Assembly (NCBI GenBank): GCA_030632085.1
Contig: DAOVJY010000001.1
Span: 207,402-271,401, forward strand
Direction of reading: 5' to 3'
DNA: 64,000 nucleotides
From: Candidatus Omnitrophota bacterium
Lineage (GTDB): Bacteria > Omnitrophota > Gorgyraeia > JAGLLT01
Position numbers and translations under genes: made by a program. Below, one piece after another: positions 1 through 10,025 of the stretch (within the stretch, counting starts at the first letter, position 1; each line of letters opens with the position of its first letter). Below the pieces are notes generated by a model. That model was not told where the DNA came from, searched no databases, and worked only from the letters and a program-made list of their open reading frames with translations.

Positions 1-519
1 AACGTGTATGTCTTGATCGACACCTACGGCCAGCATGCCTGAATCATCTTCGCCGCTTCCATCAAGAGTTATAACATTGGCTTCATCAAACCCACTGACT
101 CTAAAAGCACTAGCTGCATGTGACATATGATGAGATATAAAAGTAAATTTCTTGTGTATAATATCCGGATCAAGCTCTTTAAAAGCAACTTTCAATTTAT
201 ACATAATTATTTTATACTCTAAAACAGACCCAATCTGCTGGATAATTCTATTGAAATTAAATTCTTTAGTTTCATCAACAATATTTTTTAAGCCATAAAC
301 CAGAGGCGAACTGAAGCCTACCGCAATATGATTAATCTTACTCATATCTATACCTGCTTCTCTAAGGCAATATTTGGTTGCCCGTATAGGAGGAATTCGG
401 GGGGCATGTTTAATACGAGTAAATCTTTCTTCTTCCGCTGCCGCTATTAATTCTCCGTCTTTAATTATACAGGCCGCACTATTCCAGGAAATTGGAGCTG
501 TAATACCTAAAATGTACAT
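1..519 (-). CDS. O-carbamoyltransferase, NodU/CmcH/HypF-like family, N-terminal part. The gene continues beyond the window start.
   Basis: Translating the minus strand from the ATG at complement(517..519) gives MYILGITAPISWNSAACIIKDGELIAAAEEERFTRIKHAPRIPP..., which matches the typical carbamoyltransferase N-terminus (MKILGI...HDSAA...EEERFTR). A GGAGAT Shine-Dalgarno-like sequence precedes the start. There is no stop codon inside the window. Confidence 0.6.
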   Translation of the reverse strand, partial: MYILGITAPISWNSAACIIKDGELIAAAEEERFTRIKHAPRIPPIRATKYCLREAGIDMSKINHIAVGFSSPLVYGLKNIVDETKEFNFNRIIQQIGSVLEYKIIMYKLKVAFKELDPDIIHKKFTFISHHMSHAASAFRVSGFDEANVITLDGSGEDDSGMLAVGVDQDIHV

Positions 520-534
520 TAGTATCTCCTTTAA

Positions 535-1395
535 TTATTTTTTTGTAGCAATATATTTTAATGGGTAATAGAAACCAAAATTCCCCATACATGAAGCTAA
601 CTTTGTTAAATGCATTTTTTTTATAAGCTTTAAGACAGCGGTTCCGGCATTTGTTCTATATTTACTGTTTAAACTTATTAGGTCTTTCTTCCATTCTTTA
701 AGGCCAACATTATCAATTTTCATATCTAGTTTCCGCATAACCCGCTCTAAATACCAGGGCTTTGCAAAATTTAATGTATCTAAAAATTCTATCTTCTTGC
801 CACGCATCCTTAAGTATAATTTAGCAATTGCCTTGGGCAAGACTGGAATTAAATACATCTCATAATGAGGCTCATAAAAACATAAATAATTAGGACCCCA
901 TATAAACAATTGGCCATCTTTCTTTAAAACTCTATGGCATTCCGTAAGTAATGCTTGAATATTATCCACATGCTCCAAGACATTAAAAAATGTTATCACA
1001 TCAAATGTGTTACTTTCGAAAGGTATGCTATCTATTGTACTTTGCTTTATAATTTCCTGATTAAAACCATTTAGTTTTAATCTTTCCCTAGAAGTCTTCC
1101 ACATCAGCCCGTCAATCTCTACCCCGCTTGCATCATAAGCACCTTTTAGAGCAGCTAAAACGAAACAACCAAAGCCGGAACCTACATCCAGTATTTTTTT
1201 TCCTTTTAAGTCAATATAATCCTGAACAAGCTCCAGATGCATATTTGCATCATCTTCGTTCAGATGCGTCTTCAGGGCAAGCTCTAAGCCTAACTCCTGA
1301 TTAGAAACACCATTATAGGTGCTATTATAGTACTCGATCACAGCTTTTTCTATCTCAGAATAGGAATCTTGCTTTTGCATTGCGTCAGTTTCCAT
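535..1395 (-). CDS. Class I SAM-dependent methyltransferase
   Basis: SAM-binding motif ILDVGSGFGCF (motif I) with a downstream acidic residue. An AAGGA Shine-Dalgarno-like sequence lies 7-8 nt upstream of the ATG at 1395. Confidence 0.7.
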   Translation of the reverse strand: METDAMQKQDSYSEIEKAVIEYYNSTYNGVSNQELGLELALKTHLNEDDANMHLELVQDYIDLKGKKILDVGSGFGCFVLAALKGAYDASGVEIDGLMWKTSRERLKLNGFNQEIIKQSTIDSIPFESNTFDVITFFNVLEHVDNIQALLTECHRVLKKDGQLFIWGPNYLCFYEPHYEMYLIPVLPKAIAKLYLRMRGKKIEFLDTLNFAKPWYLERVMRKLDMKIDNVGLKEWKKDLISLNSKYRTNAGTAVLKLIKKMHLTKLASCMGNFGFYYPLKYIATKK

Positions 1396-1430
1396 GATTA
1401 TCCTTGTAGTACAATAATTAAATTAAATAT

Positions 1431-4400
1431 TTACCAAACTTTTCTTTTAACCAATAAAAATATAAAACAAATTATGCTAAATACGGCTGAAATCAATAAA
1501 GCAGCCCTAAAGTATGTTTGAGGCTGAAATTTGATATTTATCTTATAAGACCCAACTTTTTCTACATACCAGCCATTTGCAAATGAATTGGCAACAAAAT
1601 GGTTTTTTAACTTCCTGCCTTCAGCATAAGCACTCCACCCTGGATGAAAAGATTCTGAGAATATGAGGAAAAATGGCTTTTGACAGACAATTTCAACATT
1701 ATATTCTGTAGGATTAACGTTGCTAAAGGTAATCTCAGGATTTTGCTCTACTTGTTGATTGAGCCCTTTGCCCTTAATCTCTATTAAATAGTCCTCATCT
1801 TCTATCTGATCAACCGTTAATTCCACAACTCCTTTGGCAGCATTGAGTTGCTTCGAAAAAGACTTTCGTCCATTAAAATTTTGTGTTTCTAATTTTATCT
1901 TTTGTTTGTCTATTATTACATTTATTTCTTTAAAGTCAATAAGATTAGTGCTAATAGGATATAAAGTAATATTATAATGGCCGCCAGGAGGCTTATAAAA
2001 CTCGGTTTGAAAAAATAAATTCCCAATCTCGATATTTTTATTAATCGCAATTGAAACAGATTGTCCATTTCTAATATCAGCAGCTGCTACCTGATAGAAA
2101 GATATAATGTTTTCACTAGGATGCAATTTTATCTTTTTTAATAGGATGTCGCTAACTTGTTCTTGTTCTAAGTTATGCATTGAAGCGAGGTTATCATTAA
2201 CATATACATATAAAACCCTCTTTCTACCAAAAGCATAGGCCTGTAAAAATAGATTCGTTTCTGAAGAAGCATTATCAGAATTTTTGATAACAATATGCCT
2301 TGCCAAATTATGCTGAAGCAATTTCCAACCAGGCTTAGCAGCTATTGTTTTCTCTTGGAGATAATAACCAGCTTCGAAAGTATACTCTAAACTATTATTA
2401 CTGCTTCCCCCGGATGCTTCAGACATTTTTCCAGGCGCAGCTATCTTTGCATCTAATTTTCTAGTATCTGCAAGAGCATACCAGTCACAATTATCATAAT
2501 CAGCTGTCTCTTGCCCATCACATGCAGCTTGATAACCATCAGAAGAATAGAAAGTCACTAAGCTGCCAATCATATTCTCATGTGAAATCTTATCGTAAAA
2601 ATCCAAATCTTGATTGTTCTCAGAAAATATTAAAACCTGATTATCAATAATATCAGTATCACTTATAGGAACCAGAGCATGAAACCCGCCTCTTGTAATG
2701 GCAGCTTTATTTCTAGTGTATATATGTTTAAATAAAGGCTTGATACGGTAAAAATCCCACATCCCGAAACTTCTTTCAAAATTGATGTTGTTTTGACATT
2801 GCAGGGCTTCTTTGATAAATTGAGGATCATCTCCCAGAAAAAAAGCCGGGCCTTTGTAAAAATCATTTCTAACATCATTTTCCTGTAAGATATAACCAAT
2901 ATTAAATAAATTAAAAAGTTTGTAAACATTGGGTGTCGCTCTATCATATATACTCAACTTGATAATATCGCACATTGGCCGCGACATATTTACAGCACCC
3001 TGGGACATAAGAATATATTCCGGATCATAGGAAAAAACAACCGGCCTGTTAATAAAATTATTTATTATGGAGCCGTATCCATTATATCCCCAGGAAGATA
3101 TCCACGGACTATCTCCGGGCATATTATAAACCCTATAATAATCACTTTGGTTATTAAGCCAATCAGCTGATTCATAAACATACTCAGGTATTTTTATATG
3201 ATGAGGCGGTAAAAACGTTCTATCGCTTTTTTCATGGTACATCTTTCCTGAAAAAACCGGATAAGCATAAATAATATTTAAAAAGACTATAAGAAAAACT
3301 GCTAAATAGGCCAGCCAACTGCCCTTTCCTTTAAATTTATTGAGTAAATACGTGAATATACTCATTGAGGCCAAACCTATAAGAAAAGAAAAACTTATGC
3401 AAATTATAATTCCAAATTTAAAATAAGGGCTTCTGATAATCCACAACAAAGGAACATGTTTAACCACCCATAGATATGTAAGAGAAAATGGAAAATGCGT
3501 TCCCATGCTTAGTACAACACCAGTAATTGCAAGAAGCGAAAATAATAATCTATTTTTATTTTTCGAAAAAAACATTGCAAATAAAACCATAAGCGGCGCA
3601 AACCAGCTGAGAACAATCAACAAAATATTAGTTTGAAAAAGCTTGGAATAAGCCTGATAGGGATCGACACAACCATCATACCAGGTCCAATCCCCTTGCA
3701 GGCGGATCACATTAACAAAGCTTGTATGTAAAGAAAGATTTTTGAGCCAAAGAAAAGCTTCAGCTTTTTTTAAGACAAAAAAACCGCTATCTGCTGAACG
3801 CATTAAAGAAATAGCCTCCGGTAAAAGCCAGTATAAATTTATCACTAGAGCTGCTATCAGAAACGAAACAAAAAACAGCAGAGTTCTTTTAAGCTTTTTA
3901 AAATCCTTTAGATACAACTGCTTTATCAAAAAAAATACAAAACAAAATGCTATGGGCGAGATTACGGCTATCATTTCAGAAGGATTGTTGCCGGCGGCTC
4001 CAATAGATAAACATAACAAGGAAAGTAAACCGATATTTTTAAAGGTATACTTATCTTTTCTGATGGATACTATAATTACAGCTAGGATAAAAGGCAAAAT
4101 CGCATAACCGCTTATAAGCGGAGACTTGAAGGCTTGCCAAATAGTAGTCTGCCATAAGTTGTAGAGATAAAAAGATGCTGCACAAAAAGCAGCTATATGG
4201 CTATATTTCGTTCTTATGAGCTTATTGACGAGATAATACATTGCTATGCCCGAAAGCATAAACCAGAATATGAAACTAATTTTTTCTGTAGTAATAATAT
4301 CCAAACCATATTTTTGCAATAAGGCAGGTAATGCCTGAAATATAATGAGACAGGTATCTAGAATTCTTTCTGCACCTGCTCCCAGTTGCTCATTCCAGAC

Positions 4401-4550
4401 ATAAAATAGCTGAGACCATTTTTCATAGCTATAAGGCAAGCGCATATCATTTGAGATAATGAGCATACCTTTTTTAAACCACAAAAGAGGCGTCAGTCCT
4501 AATATTAATGTAAGGATAAAAAATAAAATATTTTCTTTTTTGGATTTCAT
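1431..4550 (-). CDS. Large polytopic membrane protein, putative GT-C glycosyltransferase (AftD/DUF3367-like), 1039 aa
   Basis: About 12 hydrophobic helices in the N-terminal roughly 450 aa. The first loop (LLWFKKG...SNDMRLPYSYEKWSQLFYVWNEQLGAG) resembles the AftD-family first-loop Asp motif. A large soluble C-terminal domain ends in an ANGW motif and a C-terminal transmembrane anchor. It is a paralog of the ORF at 15063..18575. Confidence 0.5.
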   Translation of the reverse strand: MKSKKENILFFILTLILGLTPLLWFKKGMLIISNDMRLPYSYEKWSQLFYVWNEQLGAGAERILDTCLIIFQALPALLQKYGLDIITTEKISFIFWFMLSGIAMYYLVNKLIRTKYSHIAAFCAASFYLYNLWQTTIWQAFKSPLISGYAILPFILAVIIVSIRKDKYTFKNIGLLSLLCLSIGAAGNNPSEMIAVISPIAFCFVFFLIKQLYLKDFKKLKRTLLFFVSFLIAALVINLYWLLPEAISLMRSADSGFFVLKKAEAFLWLKNLSLHTSFVNVIRLQGDWTWYDGCVDPYQAYSKLFQTNILLIVLSWFAPLMVLFAMFFSKNKNRLLFSLLAITGVVLSMGTHFPFSLTYLWVVKHVPLLWIIRSPYFKFGIIICISFSFLIGLASMSIFTYLLNKFKGKGSWLAYLAVFLIVFLNIIYAYPVFSGKMYHEKSDRTFLPPHHIKIPEYVYESADWLNNQSDYYRVYNMPGDSPWISSWGYNGYGSIINNFINRPVVFSYDPEYILMSQGAVNMSRPMCDIIKLSIYDRATPNVYKLFNLFNIGYILQENDVRNDFYKGPAFFLGDDPQFIKEALQCQNNINFERSFGMWDFYRIKPLFKHIYTRNKAAITRGGFHALVPISDTDIIDNQVLIFSENNQDLDFYDKISHENMIGSLVTFYSSDGYQAACDGQETADYDNCDWYALADTRKLDAKIAAPGKMSEASGGSSNNSLEYTFEAGYYLQEKTIAAKPGWKLLQHNLARHIVIKNSDNASSETNLFLQAYAFGRKRVLYVYVNDNLASMHNLEQEQVSDILLKKIKLHPSENIISFYQVAAADIRNGQSVSIAINKNIEIGNLFFQTEFYKPPGGHYNITLYPISTNLIDFKEINVIIDKQKIKLETQNFNGRKSFSKQLNAAKGVVELTVDQIEDEDYLIEIKGKGLNQQVEQNPEITFSNVNPTEYNVEIVCQKPFFLIFSESFHPGWSAYAEGRKLKNHFVANSFANGWYVEKVGSYKINIKFQPQTYFRAALLISAVFSIICFIFLLVKRKVW

Positions 4551-4593
4551 TATCTTCTCATATCCGCTTAGGGACCACTATATTATGTTATTT

Positions 4594-5337
4594 TTAAGAA
4601 CCTTTTGAGGCTTCAATCCAAAGCGATCCCGCAATATTATTAATAATAGGAATCTGTTCGCAAAATTCGCCAACTTTTTTTACAAAATTAATAAGTTTAG
4701 CCGGTGTCGCCGGATGTAAAAAATCAAAATTCTTGACACAAATATTCTGCCAACCATTATCTTTAAGAAAATTATTTAATTGTGATTTCGAAAAAGCTGT
4801 TTCAGTGGGTGTTTGATGCCGCTGTCTGATAAAAGCAATATTTCTTTCTAAAAAAATCTGCGGATTAAGCATATTAGGCTCAAAAAATAGAATTCTACCA
4901 TTTTTAGTTAATACTCTTTTAATCTCACTTAAAGCCGCATTCAAATCAACGTGATGTAAAATGCCATCCCCAACAACAGCTTCAAAACTCTCATTTTTAA
5001 AAGGTAGATGAGTAAGGTCAGCACATAAATAAGTAGCAGTAACATTTTGTTTTTTGGCAATTTCAATTAAATCAGAGGTAAGGTCTATACCTGTGACTTT
5101 TAGATAATCCTTAACTGAAGAAGTTAATTCCCCCGCTCCACAACCCACCTCCAAGAGATTCTTTTTTACATTAGCTCTTTTTAAAAAATCTTTTAAGATG
5201 CTTTGCTTTCTTCTTAAGCGCCGCTTACCGGCTTTTGTGCTTTGGCCCCACCAAGAATGGCCATAGGCTTCCGCCTTAGTGCGGAAGTGTTCAGACTCAG
5301 TGGATTTATTTTGTACTATTTTATTTTCTTTTGTCAT
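4594..5337 (-). CDS. Class I SAM-dependent methyltransferase
   Basis: Motif LLEVGCGAGELTS (G-x-G-x-G). No clear Shine-Dalgarno sequence. Confidence 0.7.
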   Translation of the reverse strand: MTKENKIVQNKSTESEHFRTKAEAYGHSWWGQSTKAGKRRLRRKQSILKDFLKRANVKKNLLEVGCGAGELTSSVKDYLKVTGIDLTSDLIEIAKKQNVTATYLCADLTHLPFKNESFEAVVGDGILHHVDLNAALSEIKRVLTKNGRILFFEPNMLNPQIFLERNIAFIRQRHQTPTETAFSKSQLNNFLKDNGWQNICVKNFDFLHPATPAKLINFVKKVGEFCEQIPIINNIAGSLWIEASKGS

Positions 5338-5372
5338 TTTTTATTTTTTGATTAATATGTACTATTCTTAAA

Positions 5373-5969
5373 TTAACTTTTTAATTTACATCTGATGACG
5401 CACAAAGCAACACTTTTTGTTCTACTTTTGAAATTGAACGTTTCTTTGATATCAAAAACCTGAGAAACTAATTTTTTATGTTCTTTTAGGCTTCGCAAAT
5501 AAACCCCCTGATCATAGCGCAATAACATCGTCTGAAAAAAATTTGATGAACTTAAATCTGCATCAACAATAATAAACTCATCGCTAATAAAACTCTTTAT
5601 TTTTTTAAAAATTTTTATATTGTCTTCGTCTGAAAAATGATGAACAGCATTTATCATAAAAGCTTTATTGAAACTATTTTCCGGGAAATTGATCATTTGT
5701 ATATCTTGATGAATAAATTTCTTTTGTTTAGAACTATATTTTTTAATTGCGTAATCAATATGGTTTTTGTCATTATCAACACCCACATATTCTCCCTTAA
5801 ACATGGAGCTGTAATATCCTATGCCGCAACAAATATCTAAAACACTATCATCCTCTTTAACATTAATTAGAGATTCAATTTTGCCCTTAAAGGTGCCGCC
5901 ATTAATAATGCACCTTATGCTATTATACAAAAATGGAATTTCTGTGATTTTAGCAATGAGTTGTTTCAT
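5373..5969 (-). CDS. Class I SAM-dependent methyltransferase
   Basis: Motif VLDICCGIGYYS plus a downstream acidic residue. The ORF is 198 aa. Confidence 0.65.
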   Translation of the reverse strand: MKQLIAKITEIPFLYNSIRCIINGGTFKGKIESLINVKEDDSVLDICCGIGYYSSMFKGEYVGVDNDKNHIDYAIKKYSSKQKKFIHQDIQMINFPENSFNKAFMINAVHHFSDEDNIKIFKKIKSFISDEFIIVDADLSSSNFFQTMLLRYDQGVYLRSLKEHKKLVSQVFDIKETFNFKSRTKSVALCVIRCKLKS

Positions 5970-6010
5970 AATTTTCTTTTCTGAAGTATTAACAAGTTAC
6001 AATAATGATA

Positions 6011-7897
6011 TCAGGCATACTTTTGATGCCATAATTGAAAAATTAAAAGAGTCCAGATTAGTTTTCGGTTATCTTTTTTCATACAAAAGTGTTCGTCTAA
6101 TATTCTTTTCACGTATTGATCATTAAAAATACCACCTCTTTTTATCTTTGAGATATCAAGGATATCTGTAATAAATGGACGCAATTCCCCATTAATCCAT
6201 TTGCCCACTGGAATACCGAAACCTTTTTTGGGTCTGTTAATAATTTCTTTCGGTAATCTTTTGTGGGCCGCTTTTTTCAAAATATATTTCGTTTTAAATT
6301 TTCTGAGCTTTAACGATGGTTCTAATCTAGAGACAAATTCCACAAATTCCTTATCTAGAAATGGCGACCTCACCTCCAGGGAATTAGCCATGCTTGCTCT
6401 ATCAACTTTAACCAATACGTCATCCTGAAGATAAAGTTTCGCATCCAGATACAAAAGCTTTTCTAATGAATCTTTTGAATTACATTTGTCCAGATGCTGT
6501 CTAATATCTTCAAATTCATCCATATTACTTAGATTTTCTCTAAAATCATCCGTAAAAAGACATTTTTTTTCTTCCGGAGAAAAAGATCCCATCCACCTGT
6601 AGTGTCTTTCCTCGGGGGAAGTTCCTAACCCAGAAACAAATTTTTTTGCTTTAAAATCAAAACTGAAATTACTAAGTGAAACCGGTAATTTGTTAACTAT
6701 TTTTTTAAACTGCGAGATAACCGACGCAGGTAATAATTTAAAATATTCAGCAGTTTTATGAGCCCCATAAGTAGGATAACCTGCAAAAAGTTCATCGCCA
6801 CCATCACCACTTAAGGCCACTTTAACATGTTTACCTGTAAAAGAAGATAAAAGATAAGTAGGTACAATTGAAGCATCAGCTAATGGTTCATCTAAAATAT
6901 CGCATATTCCGGGAATGATATCTAAAAGTTGCTTGCTGCTAAGGTGTTCTTCGAAATAATCAACGCCTAAATATTTTGCCACTTTTTTAGCATATTTACT
7001 CTCATCAAATGACTTATCATCAAAGGCTATATTAAAAGCTTTGACGCTCGCTGATGACAATTCAGACATAAGGCTAATGATGTAAGACGAATCTAGGCCA
7101 CCGCTTAAAAAAGCACCTAAACTTACATCGCTTATAAGTCTCTTTTTTACTGATTTTTTAAGTAAATTATCAAGTTCTGCTGCTGCTTCGTCTTCATTGT
7201 ACAGCTTAAAATCAGTTCTTGAAGAATATCTTATATCCCAATAAGGTTCATTTATAATTTTATCTTTAGTGATTACTAATTTATGTCCCGGCCGAACTTT
7301 TTTTATTTTTGAAAAAATTGTTGCTGGTGCCGGTACAAATTCATAAGTAAAGTATTTACTGACCGCATTGTAATCTAGCGCTTTACTAACCTTGGGGTGC
7401 TGCAGCATTGACTTTATTTCTGAAGAAAAAACAACTCCATTGTCTACAAATGAATAGTGCAACGGCTTTTGTCCCATATTATCTCGGGCTAATATTAATT
7501 TTTTTTCTCTTTCATCCCATAGAGCAATCGCAAACATGCCATCTAATTTCTTTATAAAATCTTCTCCATGTTCTTCGTAAAGATGAACAATGACCTCGGC
7601 ATCTGACTTTGTATAGAAATTGTGGGATTTATTCTGAAGGATTTGCTTTAATTCTTGATAGTTGTATATTTCGCCATTACAGACAGCCCAGATACTCTTA
7701 TCTTCACTGTGCATTGGCTGATTACCGGTTGTTAAATCTATAATACTTAAACGCCTGAAGCCCATGCCGGCAATTTTAGTTAAGTAATATCCCTCATCAT
7801 CCGGCCCACGATGAATCTGGGCCTGATTCATTTTTTTTAACGCCTTTACGTCAACGGGCGTTGCATTAAAATTAACAATACCACATATTCCACACAT
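6011..7897 (-). CDS. asnB: Asparagine synthetase (glutamine-hydrolysing)-like amidotransferase. In a glycan cluster it is probably a WbpS-like sugar uronamide-forming enzyme.
   Basis: N-terminal MCGICGI provides the Cys2 Ntn nucleophile. The PP-loop SGGLDSS is present. Its start lies 2 nt after the upstream gene's stop, which suggests translational coupling. Confidence 0.85.
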   Translation of the reverse strand: MCGICGIVNFNATPVDVKALKKMNQAQIHRGPDDEGYYLTKIAGMGFRRLSIIDLTTGNQPMHSEDKSIWAVCNGEIYNYQELKQILQNKSHNFYTKSDAEVIVHLYEEHGEDFIKKLDGMFAIALWDEREKKLILARDNMGQKPLHYSFVDNGVVFSSEIKSMLQHPKVSKALDYNAVSKYFTYEFVPAPATIFSKIKKVRPGHKLVITKDKIINEPYWDIRYSSRTDFKLYNEDEAAAELDNLLKKSVKKRLISDVSLGAFLSGGLDSSYIISLMSELSSASVKAFNIAFDDKSFDESKYAKKVAKYLGVDYFEEHLSSKQLLDIIPGICDILDEPLADASIVPTYLLSSFTGKHVKVALSGDGGDELFAGYPTYGAHKTAEYFKLLPASVISQFKKIVNKLPVSLSNFSFDFKAKKFVSGLGTSPEERHYRWMGSFSPEEKKCLFTDDFRENLSNMDEFEDIRQHLDKCNSKDSLEKLLYLDAKLYLQDDVLVKVDRASMANSLEVRSPFLDKEFVEFVSRLEPSLKLRKFKTKYILKKAAHKRLPKEIINRPKKGFGIPVGKWINGELRPFITDILDISKIKRGGIFNDQYVKRILDEHFCMKKDNRKLIWTLLIFQLWHQKYA

Positions 7898-7899
7898 AA

Positions 7900-8853
7900 T
7901 TAATCAATATTAAGTTTAGTTAAAATAACGTAAGGAGCTTTATCTTGAGATTCATGGTAGGTTCTGATGGAAATTTCACTTAAAAGGCCCATAAGAATAA
8001 ACTGAACTCCGGTTATTATACAAATGGTCATAATGAATATCATGGGACTTACCCAAGCGCCATGTAATAACAGCGCGCGAATAAGTACAAAAACACTTAC
8101 CAAAAAACCAATAAGAAACAGGAAAATTCCAATAAAACCAAAAACATATATGGGTTTTGTGGCATATCTGATAAGAAAATTAGCGGTGATTAAATCTAAA
8201 ATTACTTTAAAGGTTCTGCTTAATCCGTATTTAGTTTGCCCATGAATTCTAGGAGAATGCTCAACTTCTACCTCTGCCATTTTGGCACCCATCCAAGCAG
8301 CATACACGGCTAAAAGCCTATGCATCTCTCCGTAAAGCTTTAAGTCTGATAAAACTTCTTTGCGGTATGCCTTTAGGGTGCAACCTAAATCGTGTATGGG
8401 AATGTTGGCAAGTTTGGATATAATTTTATTTGCTATTAAGGAAGGTAAACGTTTGGTAATAAAGGGGTCCCGCCTATTTTTTCTCCAGCCACTAACAACA
8501 TCATAACCTTCATTAATTTTTTTTATTAATTTAGGAATATCATTAGGGCTATTCTGTAAGTCAGCATCCATGGTGATGATGATATCTCCCTTAGCACAAT
8601 CAACTCCGGCAGCAATAGCAATAGTTTGACCGCAATTTCTCCTTAAATTTATCCCTTTCATATTTTTATCTTTTTTTGCCACCTCGCTAATAACATTCCA
8701 GCTTTTATCAACTGAACCATCATTGACAAAAATAACCTCATATTCCATTTTGAGGCTCGGCAATATTCCCGCTAATTTATCATAAAGAATTTTTAAATCT
8801 TCTTCTTCATTATATACAGGAATAACTACTGACAAATCAAGCTTATTGCTCAT
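7900..8853 (-). CDS. GT2 polyprenyl-phosphate glycosyltransferase of the ArnC/GtrB/DPM1-like family, with C-terminal transmembrane helices
   Basis: [14 protein letters not shown] and [35 protein letters not shown] align closely with E. coli ArnC ([49 protein letters not shown]). There are two C-terminal transmembrane helices. An AAGGAG Shine-Dalgarno sequence lies 5 nt upstream. Confidence 0.8.
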   Translation of the reverse strand: [317 protein letters not shown]

Positions 8854-8906
8854 AAAAAACTCCTTGGTTTTCTATTTGAAAATACTAAAAATATTTTCTA
8901 CAATTA

Positions 8907-10025
8907 CTAATCTAAAGGTTCACAATCAGTAATTCTTACATTGCATACTTTGCCTAAATATTTACGGTATACACATTGAGTTTCAGAAGATACATCATTC
9001 TGCTTCATCCATACTTTCTGAACACCAACTGTGCCGCTTTGAGTAAGAATGTGAACTAAATCTACGTCTTTTTTCTTATAGCAGTTGAGAATTCCTTGCA
9101 CTAATAACGAATAAATTCCACGTCTCCTATATGCTTCATCGACGGCGTTCAACGTTATGTAGACTATATTCTTTGAAAATGACTTGGTAGCTTCTATATC
9201 TGCTTCCCCGCTTAAGTACCCAACCACTTTATTTTCATGAGTTGCAATAATAATTTTATTATTTGCGTTTTGCAAGGAGCTTTTATAACAACTATTTATC
9301 CATTTTTTGTAAAGAAGATCAGCTTTATCATTAGAAAGCATGGGGTCATTGTGAAATCTATCGAACCAACCGCTTTGAGGCCTAAATGACTTTTCTGTAA
9401 TTTTGCGTAAGTCTTTTAAATCGGATGGTTTGGAGAATCTCAATTTTATATTTGAATCGTAAGCTTCCGGTGTATAATTTGTTAAATTCTTAATATAAGC
9501 GCTTGTTTGAGCCATTAACAAGTATTGGTTTTCTTCAGCCGAGTGTATTAATGATATCTGATTTAAGGGCAGGCGAATGGTTATATGTTTTATTTGCTGA
9601 TGGATACAATAACTCTCTATTTCATTTAATAGAATAGACGAGTATTTCTTGTCATCTGAATAACCCGACTGGCTAACAATACCAATCTTGGCCATCTTGA
9701 ACCCAAAATGCCTGGTATCCCAATCGGAAAGCTCTACCCATCCAAATGCTTTAATTTTCCCATTGATATCTAAGGCTATAATTCTGCCGTTATTCTTTAT
9801 TTTAGAAAGTTTACTAAGAAAATATTTTACCTTCTTTTTGTTCGTTATCTCTTTACAGCTGTAAAAATTTTTGTATTTATACTCATCCAGCAGCAAAGAG
9901 AGTTTTTTTAAGGTTGAGTTATTTATTTCGATAATCTTCATACAAGCTAAATAATCTTTTTCTTGTAGTATTCGATTGTCTTTTTTAAGCCATCTTCCAA
10001 AGAAGTTGATGGCTCCCAATTGCAA
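8907..10025 (-). CDS. GNAT-family N-acetyltransferase (two-domain, WecD-like), probably a sugar N-acetyltransferase
   Basis: The C-terminal half carries the GNAT acetyl-CoA motif VDEAYRRRGIYSLLV. The annotated start overlaps the upstream gene by 79 nt. An alternative start at Met29 (complement 9939..9941) removes the overlap. Neither start has a convincing Shine-Dalgarno sequence. Confidence 0.5.
   Translation of the reverse strand: MQLGAINFFGRWLKKDNRILQEKDYLACMKIIEINNSTLKKLSLLLDEYKYKNFYSCKEITNKKKVKYFLSKLSKIKNNGRIIALDINGKIKAFGWVELSDWDTRHFGFKMAKIGIVSQSGYSDDKKYSSILLNEIESYCIHQQIKHITIRLPLNQISLIHSAEENQYLLMAQTSAYIKNLTNYTPEAYDSNIKLRFSKPSDLKDLRKITEKSFRPQSGWFDRFHNDPMLSNDKADLLYKKWINSCYKSSLQNANNKIIIATHENKVVGYLSGEADIEATKSFSKNIVYITLNAVDEAYRRRGIYSLLVQGILNCYKKKDVDLVHILTQSGTVGVQKVWMKQNDVSSETQCVYRKYLGKVCNVRITDCEPLD

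Noticed and set aside
374-568. A 64-aa plus-strand ORF
   Set aside because: It lies antisense within the carbamoyltransferase coding region and its N-terminal Shine-Dalgarno sequence, and it has no recognisable motif. It is probably spurious.
9947-10025. An apparent 79-nt overlap between the GNAT gene and the upstream ArnA-like gene
   Set aside because: It is probably an artefact of start choice: an internal Met29 at 9941 leaves a 5-nt gap. This cannot be resolved without homolog alignment, so the track coordinates are kept at reduced confidence.
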